A stretch of 64,000 nt of DNA from Parcubacteria group bacterium Gr01-1014_31. GTDB lineage: Bacteria; Patescibacteriota; Patescibacteriia; Buchananbacterales; GWA2-38-13. Positions 1-8,947 of the stretch are shown piece after piece (position 1 is the stretch's first letter; the number at the start of each line of letters is the position of its first letter). The notes beneath the pieces were generated by a model. The model was given only the letters and a program-made list of their open reading frames with translations. It had not been told where the DNA came from and ran no database searches. Location of the stretch: contig VMFR01000002.1 of the NCBI GenBank assembly GCA_007376135.1, forward strand, positions 92,870-156,869, read 5' to 3'. Made by a program: the position numbers and the translations under genes.

Positions 1-87
1 ATCCACCAACGACTTGCCGTCGATTTTGGTGATATCAATGTGCTCAACGGGCTTGGCGAGCAACTCCTTTTTCGTGGGCTTGGGCAT
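1..87 (-). CDS. N-terminal fragment of a probable deoxyhypusine synthase-like protein (runs off the window edge)
   Basis: Manual translation MPKPTKKELLAKPVEHIDITKIDGKSLVD resembles the N-terminus of bacterial DHS-like proteins (recalled, not searched); cttATG start. Confidence 0.55.
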   Translation of the reverse strand, partial: MPKPTKKELLAKPVEHIDITKIDGKSLVD

Positions 88-115
88 AAGAAATACTGTT
101 ATCTAGGCGTCATTG

Positions 116-619
116 TTATAATTCTTTTAATAAATTACAACCACGGATACGCCACCACATCGCCTCGTCACTTACATCAAAAACATCGGCCAAACTCTTC
201 ACGTTCTTTAACCCATCCCGAATTTCTCCTTTCAATAACCCTAAAGGCATTAACAGCTCGGCGGCGAATTGATTTGCCTCAATTTCTTCTGGTTTTTGAC
301 TAGTTAAATCAAAAGGTGAATCACCGGTAGTATGCCCCATCATAAAATGCCCAATCTCATGGGCTACTGTGAAACGTTGACGGTGCCGATGCTGATTTTG
401 ATTATATCCAATCGTAATATTCTCTCCTTGGGTTAGTTGCATACCATCGGTGTCTTTACCAAAATCCCACGGGCAAATGGATAAATCGGATGTCTTTTTT
501 AAATATTCAACAATATCCCTTATCCTAATCGGTGGTCTTGTAACTCCAGCGTTGGCTAAAAGTCGCCTAGCAACTTTCCTTGCACTACCAACCCTAGGGT
601 TACCATCAACTTCGCTCAT
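116..619 (-). CDS. ImmA/IrrE family metallopeptidase
   Basis: RQRFTVAHEIGH (HExxH) and EIEANQFAAELLMP motifs; overlaps the XRE gene end; low GC. Confidence 0.92.
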   Translation of the reverse strand: MSEVDGNPRVGSARKVARRLLANAGVTRPPIRIRDIVEYLKKTSDLSICPWDFGKDTDGMQLTQGENITIGYNQNQHRHRQRFTVAHEIGHFMMGHTTGDSPFDLTSQKPEEIEANQFAAELLMPLGLLKGEIRDGLKNVKSLADVFDVSDEAMWWRIRGCNLLKEL

Positions 620-944
620 GCTTCTTTTTCTTCACAAAGTCGATAAACCGAAGAATCTCCTCCTGATCCTGCTTAGAAAGATTCTTATCTGCACGTAAGG
701 CGAAATTAATATCTTGTTTCTCCTCCAAGCCCAAGAAAAATTTAATATCACGGTGTAAAAAATTGGAAATCTCTTCCAAATCCTCAGCGCGTACCTTTCT
801 TTCACCGGCTTCAATTAATGAAATTGCTGTGGCCGACTCAAATCCAATCACTTCTGCCAGGTCTTTCTGCGATTTTCCGGCAGATTCACGCGCCTCCTTT
901 ATTTTTGAGCCTATAAATTTATTTTTGTCGTCATGATTTTTCAT
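606..944 (-). CDS. XRE-family helix-turn-helix repressor (ImmR-like)
   Basis: IGSKIKEARESAGKSQKDLAE...ISLIEAGER HTH_3 pattern; start at 944 preferred over 971. Confidence 0.9.
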   Translation of the reverse strand: MKNHDDKNKFIGSKIKEARESAGKSQKDLAEVIGFESATAISLIEAGERKVRAEDLEEISNFLHRDIKFFLGLEEKQDINFALRADKNLSKQDQEEILRFIDFVKKKKHERS

Positions 945-999
945 ATCAACAGTATGCCCCTCCTCAATCATTCTGGCAAGGCATGGCTGCCAAAACGAT

Positions 1000-1028
1000 T
1001 TGACAGGTTTATTTCAATTTGATAATAT
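1000..1028 (+). promoter_or_regulatory. Sigma70-type promoter of the GIY-YIG-like gene
   Basis: TTGACA (1000-1005), 17 bp, TAATAT (1023-1028). Confidence 0.65.
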
Positions 1029-1109
1029 AAAAATGCCAAAGTGGAAATCTGCAATAAAGGTCGACTGATGAATACTTTGTGCAAGCAAAAACTAATCCAG
1101 TCAAGTCCT

Positions 1110-1418
1110 ATGGTACACAAATACCAAGGCCCATTCCTATACAACGATGAGGTAATTAGCTCTTGGAATTCGAACGCAATCGGCGTCTATTACTGCGGCT
1201 ATCTAAACAGTCGCGAGGTGCTGATTACTCTCTACGTTGGTAAGGGAGCGGGCGAGGGAGGTATTCGTAATCGCCTTCTTGAACACCTACGGAATGAATA
1301 CTGGCCGGATGTTACCCATTTCGGTTACTGCGTCTGCGATACCAAGGAAGATGCCAATAATTTCGAGGCAGTCGAAATTGCGCGTCTAAAACCCAAATAC
1401 AACGTTCAAGGGAAATGA
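1110..1418 (+). CDS. Small GIY-YIG nuclease-like protein
   Basis: GVYY...LYVGKG...IRNRLLEH...E...LKPKYN matches GIY-YIG motif spacing; cctATG at 1110. Confidence 0.7.
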   Translation: MVHKYQGPFLYNDEVISSWNSNAIGVYYCGYLNSREVLITLYVGKGAGEGGIRNRLLEHLRNEYWPDVTHFGYCVCDTKEDANNFEAVEIARLKPKYNVQGK

Positions 1419-1476
1419 AGTGAAACCAACATAAAATACGTTGAATGACAACGGGGGCTAGCTACAACTGGCCCCC

Positions 1477-1977
1477 TTAATAATTTAGGCTCACCACCCT
1501 ACACCCCACCCGCTTGCCTGCCAACTGGATTTCCACGGTGTCGCCGACTTGACAGCCCATCAGCGCGGCGCCGACGGGAGATTTGTGCGAGATGACGCCA
1601 GAGGTAGGGTCGGTTTCCGATGACCCCAGAATGGTGTAGGTTTTTTGCTTGCCGTTTATTTCAACGGTCACCGTGCTGCCCAGTTGCACGACCCCGGATT
1701 TTACCGGCTGGATGATGACGATGTGCTTCAGGTATTCCGTCAGCTCGGTGATGCGGTCGTTGAGGTGGCGCAACCGGCCCTTGGCAATGGAGTAGGCCGC
1801 GTTTTCGGAAAAATCCCCCATCTCCGCCAGCCGTTTTACTTCCAAAATGGCGCGGGGCTGCGTCACCGACTTCAACCGGGCAAGCTCCTGTTTGAGCTCG
1901 TCAAGCTTCGCGGCCGTCAGGTTGGGGTCGCTTGGCAAATTGGTGTACTTGCCGGGTTTGCGGATGGGAACGCGCAT
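1477..1977 (-). CDS. greA: GreA/GreB transcription elongation factor
   Basis: GDFSENAAY, VQLGSTV, ISHKSPVGAALMG. Confidence 0.92.
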   Translation of the reverse strand: MRVPIRKPGKYTNLPSDPNLTAAKLDELKQELARLKSVTQPRAILEVKRLAEMGDFSENAAYSIAKGRLRHLNDRITELTEYLKHIVIIQPVKSGVVQLGSTVTVEINGKQKTYTILGSSETDPTSGVISHKSPVGAALMGCQVGDTVEIQLAGKRVGCRVVSLNY

Positions 1978-1993
1978 GGCTGCTGCCGCGCGC

Positions 1994-3607
1994 CTACGGG
2001 CTGCCGACGGTGAACAGCAGCATCATGCCGGCCTCCAGGTGCTCGGCGATGTGGCAGTGCGCCATCCATTCGCCGGGATTGGTGACTTCCAGCAGCAGCT
2101 CCACGCGGTCGCCCGTTTGAATGGTCGTGGTATCTTTCCACACCAGGTTGTCGCTTTTGACGCCGTTGGTGCTGACCACCAGGAAACGGTTGCCGTGGAA
2201 ATGGATAGGATGCTGCATCGGGTGCTCCGAGTTGGGGTCATTGAACACGCTGATTGTGACCAGGTCGCCGGTTTCAAATTGCCAGTCAATATCCATATTC
2301 GTCTTGCCGGTATCCTCGTCAATGAGCTGCCACTTGACCATTTCGGAGTTGGACATCACGTTCATCATGCCCATGTCATCCTCCCACTCTATCTTTTGTA
2401 CCTGGCCCGCGCCCATCTGGTCGTTGCGCATCATCTGGCCGCCGGCCATCATGTGCATGTCGTGGCCGCCGGCCTGCTGCTGCATCATGCCCATGCCCTC
2501 CATCTTGAGCCCCAACCGCAGCCGCTTGTCCACCGGGCCGTCCATTTCTGCCCGCAGGCGTGAAAGCTCCTCCTGCAGCACCGCGTCGGTCCGCAGGGCG
2601 GCAAACTGCTGGGCATAGGATGGAGAGATTGCCTCGCCGGCAACCACAATCTCGCCCAAGGAATATGTTTTACCCGGCGTGCGGTGCTCCAGGCGGTAGG
2701 TGCCCGGGGTCGCAAACTGCGCTTCTACCACCGCCCGTTCGGAGGGATTGATGAGCACCTCGGAAACCATCTGCTCGCGAACGTAGCGCCCGTTGTCGCC
2801 GCCGACCAGTTTCAGGCGCAGACCACTGATACCCACCTGCAACGGCCGCGCATTGGCGACATTCGTCAGGTAGAAACGGACCACCTCGCCGGTTTGCACT
2901 TCTTGGCGGTAGGACGTTTCGCCGTTGACCAGCAGCACGTTGCCGTAGCGGCCCATCAGCGTCCGGTTGGAAAATTTCTGGTTGAACGGCTCAATGCCGT
3001 TGGGCCCGACCAGCAGGTCATCCAGCGCCAGCACGACTTCGCGGTTCACTGGCGACCAGTAGCCCGCTTGTGTTGGAGTCACCAAAAAATTGCCGTACAG
3101 GCCCAGCTCTTGGGCATAGTCCTCCCGGAAGTGCGGATGGTACCAGTACACGCCCGCGTCCGGGAATTTGATCTCATAGGTAAACGACTCGCCCGGCGGA
3201 ACCACCGGCTGGGTGACGTTCGGCGTGCCGTCAAATTTATTTTTCAGCCGCACCCCGTGGGAGTGGATGGTGGATGGGATGTCGCTGTTGTTGGTGAACC
3301 TGATGGTGACCTCCGCACCCTGCGCCACTTTGATGAGCGGCCCGGGGATGGAGCCGTTGTATGCCAGCATCCGATGCTCGCGGCCATTGATGGTTTTCTT
3401 GACGAAGGAGGCGGTCAGCCGGTACGTGTCGCCGTTCTTCAGTTCCACGGTCTCCGTCGGCTGGGCCTCCGGCAGGTCGGCGGCGGTCGTCGCGAAGGTA
3501 TCGCCAGCTGGCGCGCCGCCAGGGGCAAGCGCGCGGCGGGAGTACAAAGCAAAACCAGCGCCCACGACGGCGACGGTAATGATGATGGCGATGAGCGATT
3601 TTTTCAT
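1994..3607 (-). CDS. Multicopper oxidase with N-terminal membrane anchor and Met-rich insert
   Basis: HSHG, YWYHPH, HPIHFHG and HCHIAEHLEAGM copper motifs; start MKKSLIAII at 3607. Confidence 0.95.
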   Translation of the reverse strand: MKKSLIAIIITVAVVGAGFALYSRRALAPGGAPAGDTFATTAADLPEAQPTETVELKNGDTYRLTASFVKKTINGREHRMLAYNGSIPGPLIKVAQGAEVTIRFTNNSDIPSTIHSHGVRLKNKFDGTPNVTQPVVPPGESFTYEIKFPDAGVYWYHPHFREDYAQELGLYGNFLVTPTQAGYWSPVNREVVLALDDLLVGPNGIEPFNQKFSNRTLMGRYGNVLLVNGETSYRQEVQTGEVVRFYLTNVANARPLQVGISGLRLKLVGGDNGRYVREQMVSEVLINPSERAVVEAQFATPGTYRLEHRTPGKTYSLGEIVVAGEAISPSYAQQFAALRTDAVLQEELSRLRAEMDGPVDKRLRLGLKMEGMGMMQQQAGGHDMHMMAGGQMMRNDQMGAGQVQKIEWEDDMGMMNVMSNSEMVKWQLIDEDTGKTNMDIDWQFETGDLVTISVFNDPNSEHPMQHPIHFHGNRFLVVSTNGVKSDNLVWKDTTTIQTGDRVELLLEVTNPGEWMAHCHIAEHLEAGMMLLFTVGSP

Positions 3608-3614
3608 AACCGGA

Positions 3615-3800
3615 TTACTTAGACGCGTATTTTTCAGGATGCAGCGTAAACTCCTGCTTACAATCCTCGGAGCAGAACGCATAGATTTTGCCTTCGTGTG
3701 AGAGCGTGATGGCGCCGTTTGCGGACATGCCGCAGACCGGGTCGTTGCCGGCTCCCTGCATCGGCGCGGCTTGGAACTTCTTGAACAGGTTGCGGAACAT
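3615..3800 (-). CDS. YHS domain protein
   Basis: DPVCGM...YAFCSEDC. Confidence 0.88.
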   Translation of the reverse strand: MFRNLFKKFQAAPMQGAGNDPVCGMSANGAITLSHEGKIYAFCSEDCKQEFTLHPEKYASK

Positions 3801-3814
3801 AATAATTAAAAAGA

Positions 3815-4051
3815 TTAAAAATGAGGATTATGTGGCGATTCGTCCCGGCCATGATGGCCCTGTCCGCCGCCGTGCTGCCGGTGCATAAAGATATGCAGGA
3901 GCGGACACAATAGAAGGACGACATAGGGAATGACGGAAACGAGGTGCGTCGTATGATCCTGCAGCAGAAATACGAGGCCAATGACACCAATGGCGGCAAT
4001 GCCGATCCAGACCGGCCGGGAGAACAACCCGATGCGTTCGCTGCTACCCAT
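3815..4051 (-). CDS. DUF2933-like small membrane protein
   Basis: Two TM helices, LLCPLLHIFMH plus His/Gly tail; copper-operon context. Confidence 0.8.
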   Translation of the reverse strand: MGSSERIGLFSRPVWIGIAAIGVIGLVFLLQDHTTHLVSVIPYVVLLLCPLLHIFMHRQHGGGQGHHGRDESPHNPHF

Positions 4052-4062
4052 GGGAAAAAGGG

Positions 4063-4560
4063 TTATTGCCCTACCCCGGCACCGAAGTGAGTGTGAACAC
4101 CGCCAATCATTTGCCGCACGCACCATTGCGCGTACATCTTGCCAAACAACCGTCCGAGCCACGCGTTCTTCGCGGGCAGGTCGTAGTCAATGAACACGCG
4201 CAGTGTTGCACTAGTTCCCTGCGGCCGGATCTCAAAACCCATCCGGTAATCGCCGACCACCAACAGCCGCGGCGTGCCGACCGTCTCCCAGGTTTTTGCG
4301 CGGGGCGGATCGCGGCGCATGACCACTTCGTGCAGGGACAATGACAGCCCGAGCACACGGCCGTGCATCCGGATATGCGAGCCTACCTTCTGGCCCCGTC
4401 CTTCGTCCAGCACCACCTCCATGCGACCGCCACCCATCATCCAGGAGGACTTGTTCATGTGCGAGGAAAAACTGGCGTGGTCGTCGGTGTACGCAAACAC
4501 CTGCGCCGGGAGCGCGGCGACGGAGATACTGGCTTCGTAATGTCGTTTGGCTTGGGACAT
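4063..4560 (-). CDS. SRPBCC family protein
   Basis: ISVAALPAQVFAYTDD N-terminal pattern; 165 aa; co-oriented in the operon. Confidence 0.75.
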   Translation of the reverse strand: MSQAKRHYEASISVAALPAQVFAYTDDHASFSSHMNKSSWMMGGGRMEVVLDEGRGQKVGSHIRMHGRVLGLSLSLHEVVMRRDPPRAKTWETVGTPRLLVVGDYRMGFEIRPQGTSATLRVFIDYDLPAKNAWLGRLFGKMYAQWCVRQMIGGVHTHFGAGVGQ

Positions 4561-4565
4561 ACGAG

Positions 4566-6662
4566 CTACAGGTGCAACCGCGATTCAACGCGCTTCAGGA
4601 GCACCGCGTTGGTGGCCACAATGATGGAGGAGGCGGACATCAGGAGCGCCGAGACCTCTGGCCGCAACGACCAACCCAGGGAACTATAGAATACCCCGGC
4701 GGCCACGGGAATGGCCAGCAGGTTGTACACGGCGGCCCAGAACAGGTTCTGCTTCATCTTCGTGACCGTGGCCTTGGAAAGCCGGATCGCAGCCACCAGG
4801 TCGTAAGGGTCGGACTTCATCAGTACGATGTTACCCGTCTCAATGGCGACGTCCGTACCGGCGCCGATGGCGATGCCAATATCCGACTGGGCCAACGCAG
4901 GGGCGTCGTTGATGCCATCGCCGACCATCGCGACCCGCTTGCCCTCATCCTGGAGTTTTTTGACGTACTTGGCCTTGTCTTCGGGCAGCACCTCGGCAAA
5001 GTAGCGATCAATCCCCAGGTCCGCGGAGATCGCTTTGGCCACTTGCTCATGGTCGCCCGTGATCATGGCAACCTCCATGCCGAGCTCCTTGAGTTTTTGG
5101 ATGGTCTTTTTGGCGGTCGGCCGCACGGTATCCGCCACGCCGATCACGCCGGCGACCTGCCCGTCAATGGCGACGATGCTGATGGTGTTCCCCGTGCCGA
5201 GGAGTCGGCCGAGTTCCTGCTGCAACGGCGAAAGGTCAATGTGGTGCTGCCGCATCAGGCGTTCAGTCCCCGCAATGACCGTTTTTCCGTCTGCCACCGC
5301 GCGGACGCCGTGGCCGCCAATGGACTCGAACTGTGCGACGCTTTTTTCGATGGAGATGTTGCGCGTTTTGGCCTCCTCGATGATAGCGAGGCTGATGGGA
5401 TGGTTGGAGTTGCGCTCCACGGCGGCCGTGTACGCGAGCACGTCCTCCACAGTGAAGGAGGAAGCCGCCACCACTTCGGTAACCCTGGGTTTGCCTTCGG
5501 TCAGCGTGCCGGTTTTATCCAGCACGATGGCATTGAGCCGCGAGGTGTTCTCCAGCGTGGCCGCGTCTTTGATCAGGATATTATGCTTGGCGCCCAAGCC
5601 GGTGCCGACCGCCACGGCCGTCGGGGTGGCCAGGCCGAGGGCGTCGGGGCACGCAATGACGATCGCCGAAACGGCGAACGTCAGGGCCGTCAGCAGGCCC
5701 GCCCCCGCGACGAAGTACCAGCCTACGAACGCCGCAGCGCCGGCGCCGAGCGCGACCACTACCAGCACCGCGGCGGCCTTATCGGCGATGCGCTGGCCGG
5801 GAGCTTTGGAATTCTGGGCGGTCTCGACCATTTTAATGATCTGCGCCAGCACGGTTTCCGACCCGACCTTCGTCGCCCTGAACTTCGCCGCCCCCGTCAG
5901 ATTGACCGACCCGCCGATGACCTTGGCGCCGGTCTTTTTCGCGACGGGAATGGACTCCCCCGTGACCAGCGACTCATCAATGGACGTTTCCCCCTCAATA
6001 ATTTCACCATCCACGGGCACTTTGTCGCCGGGCCGGAGCACGACCACATCGCCCCGCAGGATCTCGGAACTCGGTATGGTGACTTCCTGGCCATGACGGA
6101 TAACCTTTGCCTGGGGCGGCACGAGGTCAAAGAGCGCGCGCAAGGCGTCCGAAGTACCGCGCCTCGATTTCATTTCCATCCAATGGCCGAAGAGCACGAA
6201 CGTGACCAACAGCGCCGCTGCCTCATAGAAGGTCTCGCTCTCCGGCCGGATGACGGTGAGCAGTACGCTGAAGAGGTAGGCGGCCAGCACGCCGGTCGCG
6301 ATCAGGACCGACATGTTCAGCTTCCGGGCTTTGAGCGCGTGGTAGGTGCCGGTGATGAAGATCGAACCGGTCCAGAATACTACCGGCGTGGTGAGGAGGA
6401 ACAGGAGCCAGCTGACCGGGAGAGGGGTTGGGAGATCGAGTTTGAAGTAGTTGAGTCCCACCGGAGAGTAAAGAAAGATCGGCACCGACAGGATAAAGGA
6501 GATCCAAAACCGCCGGCGCATGTCCGCTTCCATCGCTTTCGCCATCTGCGGATTGGTCATGGCCGCGTCATGATCGGCATGGCTCAGGTGGCGGACGTCG
6601 GGAGCGGGCGTGGCGCTCGCAGGAGCTGCCTGGTGATGTTCGTGCGGGTCGGAGTGGTGCAT
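4566..6662 (-). CDS. Copper-translocating P1B-type ATPase with His-rich N-terminus and CPD motif
   Basis: TGES, ACPDALGLATP, DKTGTLT, HP, GDGINDAPAL, YN, MSASS. Confidence 0.95.
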   Translation of the reverse strand: MHHSDPHEHHQAAPASATPAPDVRHLSHADHDAAMTNPQMAKAMEADMRRRFWISFILSVPIFLYSPVGLNYFKLDLPTPLPVSWLLFLLTTPVVFWTGSIFITGTYHALKARKLNMSVLIATGVLAAYLFSVLLTVIRPESETFYEAAALLVTFVLFGHWMEMKSRRGTSDALRALFDLVPPQAKVIRHGQEVTIPSSEILRGDVVVLRPGDKVPVDGEIIEGETSIDESLVTGESIPVAKKTGAKVIGGSVNLTGAAKFRATKVGSETVLAQIIKMVETAQNSKAPGQRIADKAAAVLVVVALGAGAAAFVGWYFVAGAGLLTALTFAVSAIVIACPDALGLATPTAVAVGTGLGAKHNILIKDAATLENTSRLNAIVLDKTGTLTEGKPRVTEVVAASSFTVEDVLAYTAAVERNSNHPISLAIIEEAKTRNISIEKSVAQFESIGGHGVRAVADGKTVIAGTERLMRQHHIDLSPLQQELGRLLGTGNTISIVAIDGQVAGVIGVADTVRPTAKKTIQKLKELGMEVAMITGDHEQVAKAISADLGIDRYFAEVLPEDKAKYVKKLQDEGKRVAMVGDGINDAPALAQSDIGIAIGAGTDVAIETGNIVLMKSDPYDLVAAIRLSKATVTKMKQNLFWAAVYNLLAIPVAAGVFYSSLGWSLRPEVSALLMSASSIIVATNAVLLKRVESRLHL

Positions 6663-6670
6663 ACGGGAAG

Positions 6671-7372
6671 TTAATGAAAGAGGTATTGATGGAATAATTG
6701 TGCCTGGTCGACGATCACCTGGAGCACTATTTTTTCCTCACCGGATACGGCTCCGCCGGTCGGCAACAGGAGCACGCCGCGTTCCGGCGCTTGCGCATCT
6801 GAACTCCCGATAATATCGATGTTTGCGGGTGCAAGAGTATTCCCGGCGGCAAGGGCCTGCAGGATCGCTTTGTTGCTCAGGCCATTCGTTTGCCCGGGCC
6901 ACGCTTCCTCGGAATGAAAAAACTCATGGGTGGTCCGGGCGTTCCGCGGGTTGATGAAACGGAAAAGCCCCCACTTGGTTTTCGCGATCGATGTGGCCGC
7001 AATGCCGAGGAGCTGTTCAAATATGGCGTTCTTTTGCCGGTGCGTTATCTTTTCCCGGCGCAACAAGGTACTGGTCAGCGTCTTGAGCAGCGGGAGGCGG
7101 ACGTTGACCAGACCAATGTACTTCGCTGCGTCAAGGAGCCGGCCGTCCAGCTGCTGTAAATGTTCTTGCAACCGGATCTTTTCCCGCTCACGTTTTTTAA
7201 TTTCATTAACATGCATCTCATACGTGAGCCACGCCACGCCCATAACCAGCACCGTAACAATATTTTGGATGAAGGGCGATGACAATGAGAACAGGTGCCC
7301 GCGAATAATGTGCGGCTGAACGATGAGCACCGCGAACAGAACGAAGTAAATGATCTTTACAATACGGGACAT
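6671..7372 (-). CDS. Hypothetical membrane protein (2 TM, coiled coil, soluble domain)
   Basis: Fills the operon gap; hydrophobic N-terminus; start at 7372 chosen. Confidence 0.65.
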   Translation of the reverse strand: MSRIVKIIYFVLFAVLIVQPHIIRGHLFSLSSPFIQNIVTVLVMGVAWLTYEMHVNEIKKREREKIRLQEHLQQLDGRLLDAAKYIGLVNVRLPLLKTLTSTLLRREKITHRQKNAIFEQLLGIAATSIAKTKWGLFRFINPRNARTTHEFFHSEEAWPGQTNGLSNKAILQALAAGNTLAPANIDIIGSSDAQAPERGVLLLPTGGAVSGEEKIVLQVIVDQAQLFHQYLFH

Positions 7373-7410
7373 ATCGGAATGCGAACACGCATGGTAGCAG
7401 ATATTGGACA

Positions 7411-7626
7411 CTAGCGGCCTTCACGCTCCAACTGCCGGCGGTACAGCGCGCAAATGCCGGCCGAAATCGCGATCAGCTGAAGGATGGCGGCGTCGGCGAA
7501 GAGATGGAACTGCGAAAAACCGAACGCGGTCCCGCCATCCCCCGCCAGCCAGGCCCCGACGAGCGCCGATACGCCCCAGATACCCGCAACGATGGATACT
7601 CCGTGCATCATGGTGGATTTTTTCAT
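7411..7626 (-). CDS. Small two-TM hypothetical protein
   Basis: 71 aa, two hydrophobic segments, directly after csoR. Confidence 0.7.
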   Translation of the reverse strand: MKKSTMMHGVSIVAGIWGVSALVGAWLAGDGGTAFGFSQFHLFADAAILQLIAISAGICALYRRQLEREGR

Positions 7627-7637
7627 AGGTGGTTCAA

Positions 7638-7910
7638 TTATTTATTCGACAGCGTGTACACCCGGATCAACTCCTTGATGGCCTTCTCGTCGCCACCGGC
7701 TTTCTGCATCTGCTGCTTCACGTGCGAACGGAGATGGTTCTCCAGGAGAAAACGGTCAAGACTCTTGAGCGACCGCTGGATCGCGAGGGACTGCTCCAAG
7801 AGGATGGGGCAATACTCTTCGCTTTCGATCGCCTTCACCAGGCCGTCGAGCTGCCCCCGGATGATCTTCGCCCGGTGGATGGCCCGTGTTTTGAGCTTTT
7901 GATCCAGCAT
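7638..7910 (-). CDS. csoR: CsoR/RcnR family metal-sensing repressor
   Basis: RAKIIRGQLDGL...YC...Q...ENHLRSHV; heads the copper operon. Confidence 0.9.
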   Translation of the reverse strand: MLDQKLKTRAIHRAKIIRGQLDGLVKAIESEEYCPILLEQSLAIQRSLKSLDRFLLENHLRSHVKQQMQKAGGDEKAIKELIRVYTLSNK

Positions 7911-7949
7911 AAAGCTTGTGGGGATATGGATAAGACGCGACAACCTGCC

Positions 7950-7981
7950 TATAGGGTATACCCCTATATCCTATTTGTCAA
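7950..7981 (-). promoter_or_regulatory. csoR operon promoter with overlapping operator-like palindrome
   Basis: Minus strand TTGACA-17-TACCCT; near-palindrome TATAGGGTATACCCCTATA (7950-7968). Confidence 0.7.
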
Positions 7982-8018
7982 TCCCCCGCCCGATTCTCCC
8001 CCGGTCAAAACGTGAATC

Positions 8019-8050
8019 AATAACCCTGCGGCAGAAACCGCAGGGTTATT
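8019..8050. terminator. Intrinsic terminator hairpin after dsbA
   Basis: AATAACCCTGCGG-cagaaa-CCGCAGGGTTATT. Confidence 0.75.
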
Positions 8051-8064
8051 AAAGCGGAACCGTT

Positions 8065-8847
8065 CTATTTCACGTACTGGTCGATGGTCGTTTTAACCTG
8101 CTCGAACGGCTGCGCACCGGAGATAATGCGGGTTTCGCCGCTGCGGGTGAGGAGTACCGTACCCGGGGTGCCGGTCACGCCGGCCTGCTGGCCTTCGGTC
8201 ATATCCTGCTGGACCTTCTGGGCGTACTTGCCGCTGTCCAGGCACGACTTGAACTTGGCCTCGTTCAAACCGATCTCCTTGGCTAACGGCACCAAGTCAG
8301 CTAACGGAAACCCCGTACCATTCGAAGTCGTGCGCTCGAACATGGTATCAAGGTATTTCCAGAACGCGACATTGCCGCCCAGCTCACCCGCGCACTCGGA
8401 GGCTTCCGCTTCCTTCTGCGCGTTGGCGTGGAACGAGAGCGGGAAATGGCGGTATACCCAGGCGACCTTGGTGCCGTAGGTCTGCACGACCTGCTCCATC
8501 GTCGGATGGAACCGTTTGCAGAATGGGCACTCGATGTCGGAGTACTCGATGAGGAAGATCTCGGCCTTAGAGAAATCACCCTTGATGTGGTCGGTCTTGG
8601 AAACCGGCTTGACCTGGCCGGCCGTGGGCTCGGTCGGGTCGTTGGCCGACGGCAACTGCGCCCCGGCGACCTGGCCGCCCGTCGACGGCTTGGCCGCGAC
8701 CACGTCGTCATCGCCGCCGCCCAACCCTTGGCCCTTCAGCACCAAGGGCAGCGTGATGACAAACCCGATGGCCATCACGGCCAGGATGCCACCGACAAAG
8801 CCGGACCAGAACGCCGACTTCGGAGGCAGATTATTGATCACCTGCAT
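8065..8847 (-). CDS. DsbA-family thioredoxin-fold oxidoreductase, membrane anchored
   Basis: EYSDIECPFC, YRHFPL, GVTGTP, GAQP. Confidence 0.93.
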   Translation of the reverse strand: MQVINNLPPKSAFWSGFVGGILAVMAIGFVITLPLVLKGQGLGGGDDDVVAAKPSTGGQVAGAQLPSANDPTEPTAGQVKPVSKTDHIKGDFSKAEIFLIEYSDIECPFCKRFHPTMEQVVQTYGTKVAWVYRHFPLSFHANAQKEAEASECAGELGGNVAFWKYLDTMFERTTSNGTGFPLADLVPLAKEIGLNEAKFKSCLDSGKYAQKVQQDMTEGQQAGVTGTPGTVLLTRSGETRIISGAQPFEQVKTTIDQYVK

Positions 8848-8947
8848 AAACGGTGTGCGTTAATGATTATGAATAACGATTGACGAGCGAACGAGATTCG
8901 CTGTATGCGGAAAAGGCAGATCACCGACGCGCGAGATCACCCAAACA

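Noticed and set aside
4341-6674. 777-aa plus-strand ORF and other long antisense ORFs (e.g. 12701-13918, 39717-40895, 51190-52281, 57901-58935)
   Set aside because: Shadow frames opposite well-supported genes in GC-rich DNA; no recognisable motifs.
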